Made by a program: the position numbers and the translations under genes. Below, piece by piece: positions 50,970 to 64,000 of a stretch of DNA of 64,000 nucleotides. The notes beneath the pieces were generated by a model. That model saw nothing but the letters and a program-made list of their open reading frames with translations. It was not told the origin of the DNA and ran no database searches. The number at the start of each line of letters is the position of its first letter. The stretch's first letter is position 1. The stretch comes from Takakia lepidozioides (lineage: Eukaryota > Plantae > Bryophyta): the NCBI GenBank assembly GCA_030704615.1, contig CM060733.1:19034001-19098000 (forward strand). The letters run 5' to 3'.

Positions 50970-52359
50970 AGAGTGAGGGTTACACCCCGCGGAGTAACAG
51001 AGGGTTACATGGGTTACATAGGGTCACAGAGGGTTACATGGAGCGAGGGTTACATGGGGATGAGGGTGACACTCTGCGGTGTTACAAAGGGTTACATGGT
51101 GGTGAGGGTTACAACTGGTGAGGGTTACAGAGGGTTACGTGGAGTGAGGGTTACATATGGGTGAGGGTGACACTCTGCGGTGTTACAGAAGGTTACATGG
51201 TGGTGAGGGTTACACGTGGTGAGGGTTACAGAGGGTTACATGGAGTGAGGGTTACATAGGGATGAGGGTGATACTCTGCGGTGTTACAGAGGGTTACATG
51301 GGTTACAGAGGGTTACATGGTGGTGAGGGTTACAGAGGGTCACAGAGGGTTACATGGGGTGAGGGTGACACTCTGCGGTGTTACAGAGGATTACATGGAG
51401 TGAGGGTTACATAGGGGTGAGGGTGACACTCTGCTGTGTTATAGAGGGTTACATGGGTTACGGAGGGTTATATGGTGGTGAGGGTTACAGAGGGTCACAG
51501 AGGGTTACATGGAGTGAGGGTTACATGGGGGTGAGGGTGACACTCTGCGGTATTACAGGGGGGTACATGGTGATGAGGGTTACACCTGGTGAGGGTTATA
51601 GAGGGTTACATGGAGTGAGGGTTACATACGGGTGAAGGTGACAATCTGCGGTGTTACAGAGGATTACATGGTGGTGAGGGTTACAGAGGGTTACATGGAG
51701 TGAGGGTTGCATAGGGGTGAGGGTGACACTCTGCGGTGTTACAGAGGGTTACATGGTTGTGAGGGTTACACCTGGTGAGGGTTACAAAGGGTTACATGGA
51801 GTGAGGGTTACATAGGGGTAAGGGTGACACTTTGCGGTGTTACAGAGGGTTACATGGGTTATAGACGGTTACATGGTGGTGAGGGTTATAGAGGGTTACA
51901 TGGTGGTGAGGGTTACATGTTGAGGGTCACAGAGGGTTACATGGAGTGAGGGTTACATGGAGTGAGGGTTACATGGGGGTGAGGGTGACACTCTGCGGTG
52001 TTACAGAGGGTTACATGGTGGTGAGGGTTACAGGGGGTTACAGGTGAGGGTCACATGTTGAGGGTTACAGAGGGTCATGGGGTTACATGGGTTGCAAAGG
52101 GGTTACATGGGTTACAGAGGGTTACATGGTGGTTAGTGGTTACTGGCAGACTGGTTGAAGCGGCGGATTGGTGTCATAGAACGACGACGCAGGTGGCGAC
52201 GACGCCGATGGGATGAGAGCGGGGGTGGGGAAGGATTGACCGAGCCCAGCCGGCTACCTTTCGATGGCCCGGAGGCGGAGAACCGGCGGTACGGGGTGTC
52301 AGGGCTGGACCGTCCTGACGCGCTCGCATTAAGTTCTTACATTATTCCTATTATCTTCC
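50970..52359 (-). repeat. Right TIR of the MULE with GAGGGTTACATGG minisatellite
   Basis: Inverted match to 25270-26620. Confidence 0.9.
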
Positions 52360-53241
52360 GGTTCTTACAATGTTCTTACTGATTTTTTTTGAATAAAATG
52401 TATTTCCAATCAAAATGAGCATTGCTCTCAAAAGTTGTCACTCCTTCGATGCGGCGTTTATTAATTCAAATTTCGTTTATCTGAAATATTCAGAAAAGTA
52501 ATGACCTCAATGTCGAAGCGATAAAGAATTTCGCGTTAGGGTTATCCTCTAGAAGATATACCCTAATTACCTCCCTAGAGGTAACTTAAATGTATGTGAC
52601 TTCCTTGGAGACACCATAATTTACCCTCCTTCCAACTTTTGTTTGGTAGCCACCTGTTCCTCAGAAATTAAATATACGTTTCGCAATTCCATGGCAGCCT
52701 TACTGCAATATTACATAAAAATTTTCTTAAGAGAAACCAACCGTTGAAGATGTCTTCGTGGCTGTCTATCATAGGTGGAAAACATTTCACCACAACCCTC
52801 ACAGGATCAGGGGACCCACACCACCCGCGGTTCCGGCGGGCCGCCATCGGGTAGACCAACGTTATACGGGGTTCCAAGGCAAAACCACCGCTGCCTTCGA
52901 GGGGTCGAAGGCTATGTGGCATGCGAAAATTTGGCTAAGTCCCGAAAAAGATCGGAGTGAAGAAGTGAAAAGTGGCAGAAAGCAGAGCGAGTGGGTGGGT
53001 GGATGAGTGAGCTGACGTCGCACTAAGCTCCAACATCGGGAGCCACGCAATGGTCGCCATGGCGACGAAACCTATGCCACTCCCTCTGCTTCTTCCTCTC
53101 GCTTGCCCTCTCTGTGACGCTAAATGTTGGGCATTCATTCAATTTCTCGCCTGCCTCTCACGATCATTTCTAGTTTCTCTTCTCTATTGTCTGGTAATTA
53201 CTGGTGATTTTCCGCTTTGCATACCTTGAGGCCTGCCAGCA

Positions 53242-56200
53242 ATGGCAGCTACGCTTACCACGCCGGTGGGTACAGCCAGCGCTGCAGGTTGTTCATCGAC
53301 CTCAGGAAGAGTGGTGCATGAAGAAAGGGGAACTTTTCAGCAATTCAATGGACTCCGGTTGCAACAGGGGCGTATCAGATTGCAGAGCCTCGGGCACGGA
53401 AAGAAGGGTACTTCAATGAAGAGTGTGGAGGCCACCAGCCTGAGGACTCGGCGGATTCTGAACGAGGAGGATGAGCTCATTCCCGTTTCACCCGAAGACC
53501 TTCGTACCAACTTCTCCGCAGCAGATGCCTTGAGGGTGAGTAACGTCGGTAGCTTGAATTTACAGCTGGAGGTTACAGGGACCCATATATTACATACGCA
53601 TGAGCCATGGAACGGGAGACCGTCTGGAGTGTGTGCCCACGCAGTGCCGTGAAAGTAGTTTCCACCACACTAGGGCTGGCTGGCATTGGCTTCATTTGCT
53701 GCATTTTTGAGCAAAGTTAGTTACTTCTGTGCCACAGTTGATTAAGATTGACGATGAATGAAATAGAGTTTTATTCAACTGATGTCCCAGTGTCTGTAGT
53801 GGAATAAGCCTGCTGGACACCAGAGTAATGCCTGACATGCCCCACCTGCAGCAAATTCAACTGAACTCATGTCCTTAACATGATTCCCAGGAAAATTCTT
53901 TTGTTTGAGGACAGTGCAATGCTTCAATAATCACTAGTGTTACCAAGGCACTGGAGCTGGATAACATGTGGCCCTACTGTGATTATGGCTATGCATGGCC
54001 TTGTCTCAAAGGGGTAGTACATAATTGGAAAGCTGATCGTTGAATGTTCTTGTTTGATGTTTCCCGGGAGTGGGACGGTGGAGGGAGGGATGAAGGCAGA
54101 TGTATGAATTCAGTACTTTGATCTGTCTCTGAATTAATTGGAGATAGTTTGAGACAAGCTGAATGGAGATGTGAAGTAGATCACGGTAATGGAAATTTGT
54201 CAGAGTGCCGATGGAACATACAAAGAATAGTAGGTGTTTTGGTCCAATTTTAACATAGGGTTGGATTTTGGGTGGAGCACAGGGGGAGAGTGCATTGTCT
54301 TTGATGCAACTCCTGGCTATTCAGGAAGGGAAGGCTAGCATGTGGGTGAAGCCCAGCTTCCAGCGGAAGACCAAGATTGTCTGCACAATAGGGCCCACAT
54401 CAAATACACGGGAGATGATATGGAAACTAGCTGAGGCTGGCATGAATGTGGCACGCCTCAATATGTCACATGGGGACCATGCATCTCACAAGAAAGTTAT
54501 TGACCTAGTGCGTGAGTTCAATGCACAGCCTGCGGCAAATGTGATTGCCATCATGCTTGACACCAAGGTGCCCCTGACTGCAGCTCTTAGACTCCTTCTC
54601 TTCAAGGTCTATTTGGTCTCATATTCTTAGGAGCAAGGTGCTTGCAAGGGCTTAAGAGATGCAAAGAGGGGGCCTTGGTACAATATCTTTATGGAACATA
54701 TAGACATCAAATGAGAGAGGTGTGGGCAGATGTTGAGCAAGTGCATTGGGTGCTGTGTGCAGGGCCCAGAAGTCAGGAGTGGAGATTTGCCACAGCCAAT
54801 CATGCTAAAGAAGGGGGATGGGTACACTTTCACAATAAAGCGCGGTGTTGGCACAGATACCTGTGTCAGTGTGAACTATGATGACTTTGTCAATGATGTG
54901 GAGGATGGTGACACCTTGCTTATTGATGGTCTATCTCTCTCTCTATCAACTCCCTCTGTCAACGCTTTCTCTAATCATTTTCATTAGTCAGCTCCTTGAA
55001 GATGTGGAAAGCAAGGGGTTCGGGTTAAAGTGGGTGATGCCACCATACCAGCTTATGTTTGTGGATGATTTTGTGGGCCTAGGAGACACCCCATCCAATC
55101 TTCAGGACTTAATTGATTGTGCTTTGACCTGTGGAGGCTATAAGCCAATGTTAGTAAATGTGCAGTGGTGGCCTTCACTGATCGTGGGAGGGAGGAGAGG
55201 ATCTCAAATGGACATGGGGTCCCTGTCCTCCCTTCCTACAATGGTGTTGATTTTTCCTTCAGTTGTAACTGGGATGTGCATATATTAAAGGCGGTTGAAC
55301 CAGTTAAAGGCAAAGCTTTAGGTCTCACTCAATTACTCCACTGCAGAGGGATTGATACTGAAGTTGAAAGGACCATGCTTTGCAATGTTATTAGGCCTAC
55401 GCATCTGCCATTAGTGAGGGCAACTCCAACCATTCTAAAACTCTAGAGTCCATTCAGCTTTTGGTTCTCATGAGAACATGTCAGCGTGCCCTAGAACAGT
55501 TACATGGCTCTTCGGGGAGAGTTTGACATCCACCCTTGAGCTCTTGACGTGATTGAGTTCAAGGTCAGATGGTGGGGTCAGTTGAATCGCAGGCCTAATA
55601 CCCGATACCCTAAGATGATGGACTCTATTTCTTGGAAGCAAGACTGTCCTGTTAAGTAGGCCAAGTCCTGGTGGAAAAGGTTAGAGGAGATTTTCAAGTA
55701 CCTCCCTCTCTCTCTCTCTCTGCTCTCTCTCTGCTGTTTGGTTCTGTGGCCGTACAGTGTTCAAGTGCTTGAGCCCTTTTGGGTGTCCCACAGCCAGAAA
55801 AATATCCTTTCTTTTTTTCTCTGTCTCCACTCCTTCCCTCTTCCTCTTTTTCCATGTACTGTAAGTCCAACTTGTCATGCATGTGCTGAGGTGCTGCTTC
55901 TCTGGATACATTGCCTCTTTGGTGAACATTGTTTTTGCCAGGTATGCAAGAGTACCATTAATCTAAGCCAATGTGAGATGGTGGAAGCTTATGGGACTGA
56001 AGCAAGACTATGGATTTCAGGAGGCATGATGTCACTGGTGGTGAAATCAAAGACAAATGAGTCGGTTCTTTGTGAAGTGGTGGATGGTGGTGAATTGAAG
56101 TCACGTCGCCACCTCAACGTTCGCGGCAAGAGCGCCACCCTGCCTTCCATTACTGGTATGATTTTAACTTCAAATTCGATGTGTGTTTGGTTTAGGTCAC

Positions 56201-59200
56201 TGTGGACGCATTTGATGGATGGGCAGACATACCTATCCGGGTGAACTGTTGATGTCTAGAGCTAAGAGCAAATCAAAATGCCCTAGTGACAGGATAATAG
56301 AGACCTAAAATTCCATGTCAAGCACAACTTCAACCACACAACTGGTGATATCTAGTGAAATGCAGCTAGTAGCCCATTATCTGACATTTGTCACTGTCAA
56401 ATTTAAACACAAGTTGCGAATAAGGCGCCTGACACCCTGAGGTGCCTGAGGTTGAGGTGGTCGATGAGAGATTTGTAGGTGCTATGCCACAAAGTGGTAG
56501 CCATTAGGTGGTGATGTGGGTCGCTATTACATTTATGCAGTGAAATTCTAGCTGTTGGACTGAAACTTGTTTTTCCATATCCTTCCTTAGGTGGGACCCC
56601 ATAGAGCCCACCCCAGGAGCAGTAACCATAAAGGGAAGTGGCTCTTATTTCCGCTGGCATTGTTTTTAGTCTTTTCTCTTTACTTAGGTCGGGACTTTTT
56701 GTTACCAACGTGATCATGACTTATTTCCTCTACCAGGAGGTAGGAACGTCTCAAACCGGTTCCAAAACTTGTGGTCATTCATCTTCATGCCAATGAATGC
56801 CCTACACCAGTGTAGATTTAAAACTCACGCTTCAAGACAATCTCAGAAATCCAACGAGGCTCAAAATGTCCACCCTCCTAACATTTGGGAGTGCATCTCT
56901 CTCTGCAAAAGCTTGTGTGAGAAGTATATATATGCAGTTGAAGGAGTGTTGTCTGGGGATGGGATTGGATGGCAGAGAAGGATTGGGAAGATATCAAGTT
57001 TGGAGTGGACAACAAGGTGGACTACTATGCTCTTTCTTTTGTCAAAGATGCGCAGGTGGTACATGAGCTTAAGGACTTCCTCAAAGGTCTTGGCCTTAAT
57101 CTTCTCTGGCAACTTCACTTTTCAAGATTGATAGCTTGAAATGGAATGGCTGCTTGTCGCTAGTAGGCAAGGAGATTTGGTACCCCTTGCATTGTCTAAT
57201 TTGCCGTCGAGATTTGTCTGTTGAAGGAGAATTTCTACCTGGGCTCTGTGTTCCTCTTTCTTTTGTTTGACTGATCCAATGCTGGTTTCAAGAGATTCAA
57301 ACCAAAATTGATGGAAGTACCACAAAGTTGCAGAACGTGCAGCGGATATCAATGTGATCGTGAAGATCGAAAGTGCTGATTCCATCCCTAACTTGCAATC
57401 CATCCTGGATGCTGCTGATGGGGTGCGTGTCGTCAGCCAACACCTGTTTGTGTATTTGCTTATGTATTTCATTGCTGCAATGTATTGCACTTGCACTTTG
57501 AATGCGTTGTATTTTTGCACAAAATGGTGATATTGTGAGGTTGGTAGCTGCATTTCAGAGCCTTTTCTTCATGTACTTCATACCTACATTTCGACCTTTA
57601 CAGTGAAGACCTGGGCTTCAAACCTGTCTTGAAAATTGATGATCGTCCAAAGTTTTGATGCTAAGGATGAAGTCATGCAGCATCCAACCCACTTATGGAT
57701 ATGAATGCTGGTGGATTTGGCAGGCTATGGTTGCCCGAGGAGATCTTGGGGCTGAACTTCCTATTGAGGAAGTGCCTCTTCTCCAGGTAAGCAGCAAAGA
57801 ATTCTGGAACTGTGAATGGATTTACTATGTATGAAATTTTACCAAGACTCACAAACTTCCTTTTTGAACCCAGAGTGTGCTTCCCCACTTGGAAATCATG
57901 AGAGTAAGGTTCCTATGACAGAGAAGAGTAAAGTGTTGGTTGCATGGCCTCCTAGTGTTACTGCCCTTAAGGGAAGTGTAGCTCTGTCTCTCAAATCTAA
58001 GAAGTCATGTCTGTGGTGATTCTACCCTCACAAGAGTATAGTGAACCTTGTCCCAGTCAGAGCCATGCAGATTAGTGTGCGTCATGAAGCTGCCTGCTTG
58101 TGTAAGGAGGATATGCCAAGCCCAGAGTGTCTAGATCAGTCTCATCTGGGGCCAGTAATGTGTGCTGCTGGTAACATTTGGGGTTTAAACTGCAACGCAG
58201 GGGCAAATTATAAGATCATGTCGAGCCATGGGAAAGCCAGTGATAGTGGCCACCAACATGCTAGAGAGTATGATCAACCATCCCACTCCAACACGTGCAG
58301 AAGTATCAGACATTGCAATAGCTGTCCGTGAAGGTGCTGATGCAGTCATGCTTTCTGGTGAAACAGCTCATGGAAAGTAAGTAGCCAATGGCTTGGATCT
58401 CTGTAGGACCCTGTCTGCTAGCCGTGAGGACTCTTTCGAACCCTGCAACCACCATCAGCCAGGCAGCAAAGCCGCTACCGAAAGCTGCAACAGCATTGCA
58501 CAACTGTATGCATGAATTCACCACAGAAACTTGTATGCCTCAAAATTGATTACCTCAACAGTTTCGTAAAAATCAAGAGCTCTTGCCAGTGACAAATGGT
58601 TTACCTTCACCCTCTTGAAGAGAAAACAAGTACCAAGGACTGTCCTTTCTTTCTGCAGGGATCAAGTCAGGGTTACATTACAGCAAATGGATCACCCAAT
58701 TTGAGCTAGCAAATAGCATCATCTGTTTAGTGAATTAGTTGGGCTACACGGGATCAAAACCTCTCAGGTTAAATATCTTGTTGAGTATAGGTTCCCACAT
58801 AGTGTTGCCTATCTATTGTGGACATGCACAGCCATCACCTTATGTGTGGCTATCATGTTGCAATAAGCTCTGGTGATTAGCAAGTGTCATGTGGCTACTG
58901 ACTCATAAGGCTTAGTCAGGGGAATGATTTTAACTCACAGAGGGAGTTATGTGCCCTACAGAAAAATGATTCTCTTAATATCCTCCTTTGACGTACTTGT
59001 TCCTCCTTTCACCGTCAAGTTCCTGTCACACAGTCCAGAAGAAAGGTGTTGTTTGAAGGTGGAACTGGGACATGTGTGCAGGTATCCACTGAAGGCTGTG
59101 CGAGTGATGCACACTGTTGCCATGCACACGGAGGCCACCATGCCTGAAGAACGGGCCCCTGCCAACTTGGGTCATGCTTTCAAGGTTTTCACTCTATTGT

Positions 59201-60265
59201 TGTGGTGTTCTCATTAGGTATGAGGGTTTTTGTGAGAGATTTGAGAAAGGCAGTCATTTGTGCACTGTCGTCTACCTGCTGGATTCAATGTTCTTGACTA
59301 AGTTGAAATAGTGTTAACTTCTGTGTGCTTTGTCTCACAATACGGGAAGTGTGTATTGGTGGAGGAAATGATCAAGGGATTGTTATTGACAAGGTGTGGG
59401 CTTCCATGGGAGCAGAATCATATGAGTGAAATGTTTGCCTTCCATGCCACCATGATGTCCAACACCTTGGGCACCTCCATACTTGTCTTCACCCGAAGTG
59501 GCTTTATGGCGATGCTCCTCAGTCATTACCGTCCTGCCGGCACAGTGTTTGCCTTCTCTAATGAGTATGCTTCCATCTCCTCTTGCAAATGTTTTGAGTG
59601 TGTAAGTATGCTGAACATTCTATTTTCAAAGAGGGAGAAGTGGCAATCACCTTAATGACCTTGGTGATTGGTGTCTGCAGTAAGAGGGTGCAGTCAAGAC
59701 TAGCACTCTACCATGGTGTGCGTGTCGTGTACATGCCCTTTTCTGATGATGCTGAGGAAACCTTCTCCAAGGCCCTTGCCATCTTGCAGGTTCGCCCCAC
59801 TCTTTCCTACCTGACTCCTTTGTAGCATAACTGAGGTTCCTGAAGTAGACTCACTGTACAAGTTCAGGGCTAATACCAACAGCAGACAGTTAGCAAGTTG
59901 CATGCAGGTGGTTGGGAAATTTGGGTACACCCCCTCCACTTGAAACTTAGTGGCATAGGTAGGCTGCATATGGATGCCTTGGTGGAACATGATGTTGGGA
60001 TCTTCCAAAGAGACAGCATAGAGTTAGTCATAGCTTCTCCACAGCACCAGGGCCCCTCTAGTTGAAGTGATAAGGCTCTTTTGTCCAGTACGGCACTGTA
60101 GCCACAAGGATCTCTCCTTTGATTGGAATGAGAAACCTTGATGGATTGCAGAAGCGGGGCATGGTGAAGGACGGTGAGGAGGTTGCACTCGTGCAGAGTG
60201 GAAGGCAGCCCATCTGGCGCTGTGAGTCCACCCATCACATTCAAGTGCGCACTGTGCGTGCTTAA
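53242..60265 (+). CDS. Plastidial pyruvate kinase, beta-type subunit, multi-exon
   Basis: Ser/Thr/Ala-rich transit-like N-terminus; [11 protein letters not shown]...[57 protein letters not shown]; stop TAA 60263-60265; exon 2 acceptor ambiguous. Confidence 0.95.
54965..55700 (+). mobile_element. Degenerate LINE RT fragment in a pyruvate kinase intron
   Basis: [27 protein letters not shown] and NWDVHI motifs; followed by a (TC)n tract. Confidence 0.7.
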
Positions 60266-61385
60266 CAATGGTACAGTACATCCGGGTTCTGGATCTGGTC
60301 CAGATTCTTATTTCCGAGTACTTTGGGTTGTAAAGCCTTACACATGGCTAAGGGTCGCCCACCCTACATGTAAGCAGCCATGCTAAATTATAGGTGGACA
60401 AACGCCGAGTCACCAAGAGATGTTTTATCTAGTCAGTCATCATGGCCTCTTTGAAGTTGCTGTAGAGATAATAGCACTTCCAGAAGGTGCTTCTCCTTTC
60501 CTTGAACAATTTCCCCATTTGGCAGGTTTCCTAGTCATTTTGAGTGACGACTATCCAAATGTGGCACTGTCAAGTGACTACAGGCAATGAGCTGGGGTGG
60601 TGTATACTAGTGAGCAAGCACCATGTACCATGGAAGAGTGAAACACCCTTGCACATACATTAACTATCCTGTGGTGTGTGAGGGTTTATTTGTGGGCCAC
60701 AGTTGACATCATATGAGAAAGTATCAGGGTAAATCCAGCTGTAATAAGGCAAATATATCCACAAGTAACATGCATCCAGATTCAAACAAGCCCTCCAGCT
60801 CAACGAACTATGTCTGTGGATTGAACCTTTCAACTTTCAACTTTCAACCCCCTCTAAGGCTGTAACTGAACTGTCCGCTAAGATCCCAAATCACTGATCT
60901 CAGACACCATGCTGAGCGGTTAGGCAGTATCCTCTGCCTTCTACGGCTAAAACAACTAGTGTGTGAATGAAGTCCTCCCTACCTCTATATTTTTCTTTCT
61001 CTTTTCAGTTGGTAAAAGGGATTCATCGCCTGGATTTTTGTAGTGATCGAAAACCTCGATCAGCGAACCATGAAAATGCTGACCATGTCATAAAAACACG
61101 GCAGAGCCAGGTCGCTGCATGCCATTCATAATCGTTCGAGTGGGGAATAAACTTGGGGCCCACAGACGATCCATAGCTGGTCATCACCACATGTCGCTCC
61201 TGTCCCACGTATCAGCATCTTCTCTGTGAGCCACAAGTAATCTGCAACCAAATCTGACCATGCAACGTCACGGTTCGTGGCAAAACAATCACTTTACAAA
61301 CTAAATGCGCTTGGCTGCTGACCGCATTGGAGGAAACAATCAAATCTTACCATGGATCTTCGCACTGGAAATATCTATTACCGTA

Positions 61386-62178
61386 CTTACCTAGCTTATT
61401 AGGCAATAATTAATTCAAAAACTGGTGCCTAACTATATTTAGAACATTTTTGGAAAATGTGCCTAAAACCTGGATAACTCCTGATAAGTGCCTAATTGCT
61501 CAAAATTGCTCAAAAATCCAAAATGTCCAAACAAGTGGAAAAAATGCCTAAATTATTTTATTTAAAGTCCAAAAAATGGCAAAAATGCCTACAATTTAGA
61601 TTTTCCATGTCCATACAACTTCCAAAGGGCCCTGCAACATCTTCATAAGTCTCATCACCTACCTCATGTGAATCTTCTGATTCTGAGAGAAGGTTAAGGT
61701 CAGGAACATCACGATCCTCGATATGCATGTTTGCAAGACATGAGCTAATGCTCTCAATGACACTTTAGACATCAGGAACGTCCTCCATGGCAAGATCTCC
61801 TTCCACTTGGGTGTTTGGGTTTGAAAACAAAGAAAATGTAAAATTGGCTCTCATAGCCTCACCTTGAAAGGCATCTTCAAATGCTCGTAAAATTCCACAA
61901 AGTCTCCAACTTGACAAAATCATCTCCTGTTGGCACTTCACCTCCACCCAAGACTTATACAACCAACTTTATGTGTTTTTTAAATAAAATAACCTCAACC
62001 ATAGTTTTTGAGGGAGGTCAAAAACAATTGTTCATCATTATCCAGGGTTGACTGAAATACATGCCTAATATTTGGAAATTACCTAGTTGAGGTGCCTAAA
62101 TAATAAAAACGAATCTGCCTAATAATATACCATTTTTATTAATTATTAGGCGCGGAAGTGCCTAATAAGCTAGGTGAG
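61386..62178 (-). mobile_element. Non-autonomous pogo-like Tc1/mariner element
   Basis: TA|CTTACCTAGCTTATTAGGCA...TGCCTAATAAGCTAGGTGAG|TA; internal KSWVEV...MILSSWRLCGI resembles a pogo transposase C-terminus. Confidence 0.85.
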
Positions 62179-64000
62179 TAGGATATATGTTTGCTCTGGA
62201 CCGTGGATCTTCGCACTGGAAATGTTTATTATATGTTTGCAATGTTCCTTCAACCCACCTCCTTTGGCACTTCGATGGCTGTGAAATATCTCTGTCCTGC
62301 GACCAAATGTATCGATCTGGTCTCTCTTTCGATAGCCTGCGGACGAAGATACAAACTTTTCTAGTCGTGTAACATTGAGACTCAGCTGGCATTCCAAATC
62401 TTGACATCTGGCTCAGAAATTCGATGATACCTTTGAATTTAATATATTTTCCCAAGCAAGTTTTCCTATGCTTGCAGTGAGACTCCGATTGACGAAGACG
62501 CAAATGATTTGAGAGACTCTTTGACTGCCATGAATGCTGATTGCGGGTACAATTGAAAGATAGCTTGCTCGTACACTTGCCTTGCTTGCTGGCACCAGCG
62601 GTTTTTACTATTTAGCATCGTCATGCATTCTCGATACACGTCGATGCTGGCTGGCACTAGGTAGCCACTCCAGGACACTCTTCCTCTAACTAGTCACCAT
62701 CCAATCGTCAGCAAGTTATGGCACAAGCACAGCTTCTTCAATGCAAACTTTATCGAGAGCTTTTTTTTTCCACTTGAAGGATTGACGATGCAGGAGGCAC
62801 ATTTCTGTGGTTATGAGGCTAGCAGTTGGGAAAGTGACGGTTCGATCCATATGCTCCGAGTGTGAGAGAACTCTATGTAGAAATGTGCTCAATAACTCTG
62901 ATGGCGACATGGTGAAGGTAGATGTTGCCAACAGGCAATTACATGTCAAATCGTAAGGCCTCCTGTCAGACTGCCGAAATGAAACTCTCATCTATCATCA
63001 TCAATGCAACATAGCTGCGCCCAGCCCCCGAGTGCAATTTTTTTTGTAAGAAAGACATGGTCTTTGCATGGCCGCAGGACCTATGCATTGCCGGCATCTC
63101 GTGTTGGGAAGAGGTGTCCGAGAGGAATGAGTTTGAATCAACTGGTATTTTGTTTATAAAGTTGCGATGCGATTGCCACAGTGAACTAATGATCCAGGGA
63201 AGCAAGCTTGTTGTACTCCATCTGCTGTGATGTGCATTGTGGAGAGGTGGGTGCCATAGAACTTCAGATGTCCAATACTTCCAAGTGTTCGCACGGAATT
63301 GATTAGCTAGCACCGGGAATAGAGACATCTGGAGGCCTGCCTGATGGCAGTCAAGGGAGTGTGACCATGCAGGTCGGCCATGGCTCCATGGGGATCCCAT
63401 CAAGCACCCAGCCGGCACATTATGGCATACATGGCGGTGGCGCCATGAAGGTCTTCGTCTATTGCACCATGGATGTTAGCTAACTATCGGCAGTGCGCAG
63501 GTTTCACCTGCTACATTTCTCCTCCCCCTGAGGTCAGCGCTCTTAATAAATTGCGTTTGCATCGCTCACCATGCTCTCCTGCATGAGCTAGAACCTGTCA
63601 TGCATGCTAGAAATCCATGTCTCCTACCGCTTCTCGAATTATGAATGCTAGGCCCAAAGTGCGAGATGGGTAGGAGACTCTACCAATGCAAGCCAAGTGT
63701 TAAGTATCTGTTATTAAGAGCCGGTAGTAGCATTTGTGAGAGCGGCCTGCCATCTGTTTCTCGCGGTGTGCCATCCAAGTTAGCCCCGAGTGCCTATTCT
63801 GAGATAGCCAATCTCTTACAGAGGTGTTGCACTACGACGATCAGAGATAATCCCTTGATCAATGTTGTAGTTTAAATGTGTTGGTGGGGACCCGCTCGCT
63901 TTCCTGTTTGGATTGCATTCTCTTGTCCCATACGCTCTTTGAGCTTTCTGCGGGACGTTATAAGGTGTTATTTCATTTCATTTCATTTCATTTAGAACGT

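Noticed and set aside
62200-63600. Cluster of overlapping minus-strand ORFs
   Set aside because: No recognisable motif or consistent frame; may be a decayed gene or TE but cannot be supported without a search

Overview
Eukaryotic, TE-rich plant DNA; spliced genes and TE types suggest an early-diverging land plant such as a bryophyte, but the species cannot be determined. Two intact-looking host genes are present: a 4-exon 2-oxoglutarate/Fe(II) dioxygenase (21964-23819) and a multi-exon plastid pyruvate kinase beta subunit (53242-60265). Between them lies a 27-kb Mutator-like element (MULE, 25270-52359, 9-bp TSD GGTTCTTAC, long foldback TIRs) with a SWIM-type transposase and a convergent Ulp1-like protease gene. 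The main find is nested in its transposase: a 12.3-kb Ty3/Gypsy-type retroelement (36610-48910, 4-bp TSD ACTG). Its polyprotein order is Gag-protease-C5 DNA methyltransferase-RT-RNaseH-DDE integrase-PHD finger. It has no conventional LTR pair; instead it has split direct repeats (A1...B1-A2-C-B2) and a perfect 69-bp internal complementary region. A second, deleted relative (4650-8142, 4-bp TSD TGTA) independently shows the same non-identical A and B termini. The left 17 kb also holds palindromic and satellite-like repeats, a kinase pseudogene, a second MULE remnant, an inverted chromovirus remnant and tRNA-like SINE heads. All calls were made by eye from motifs; no database searches were run.
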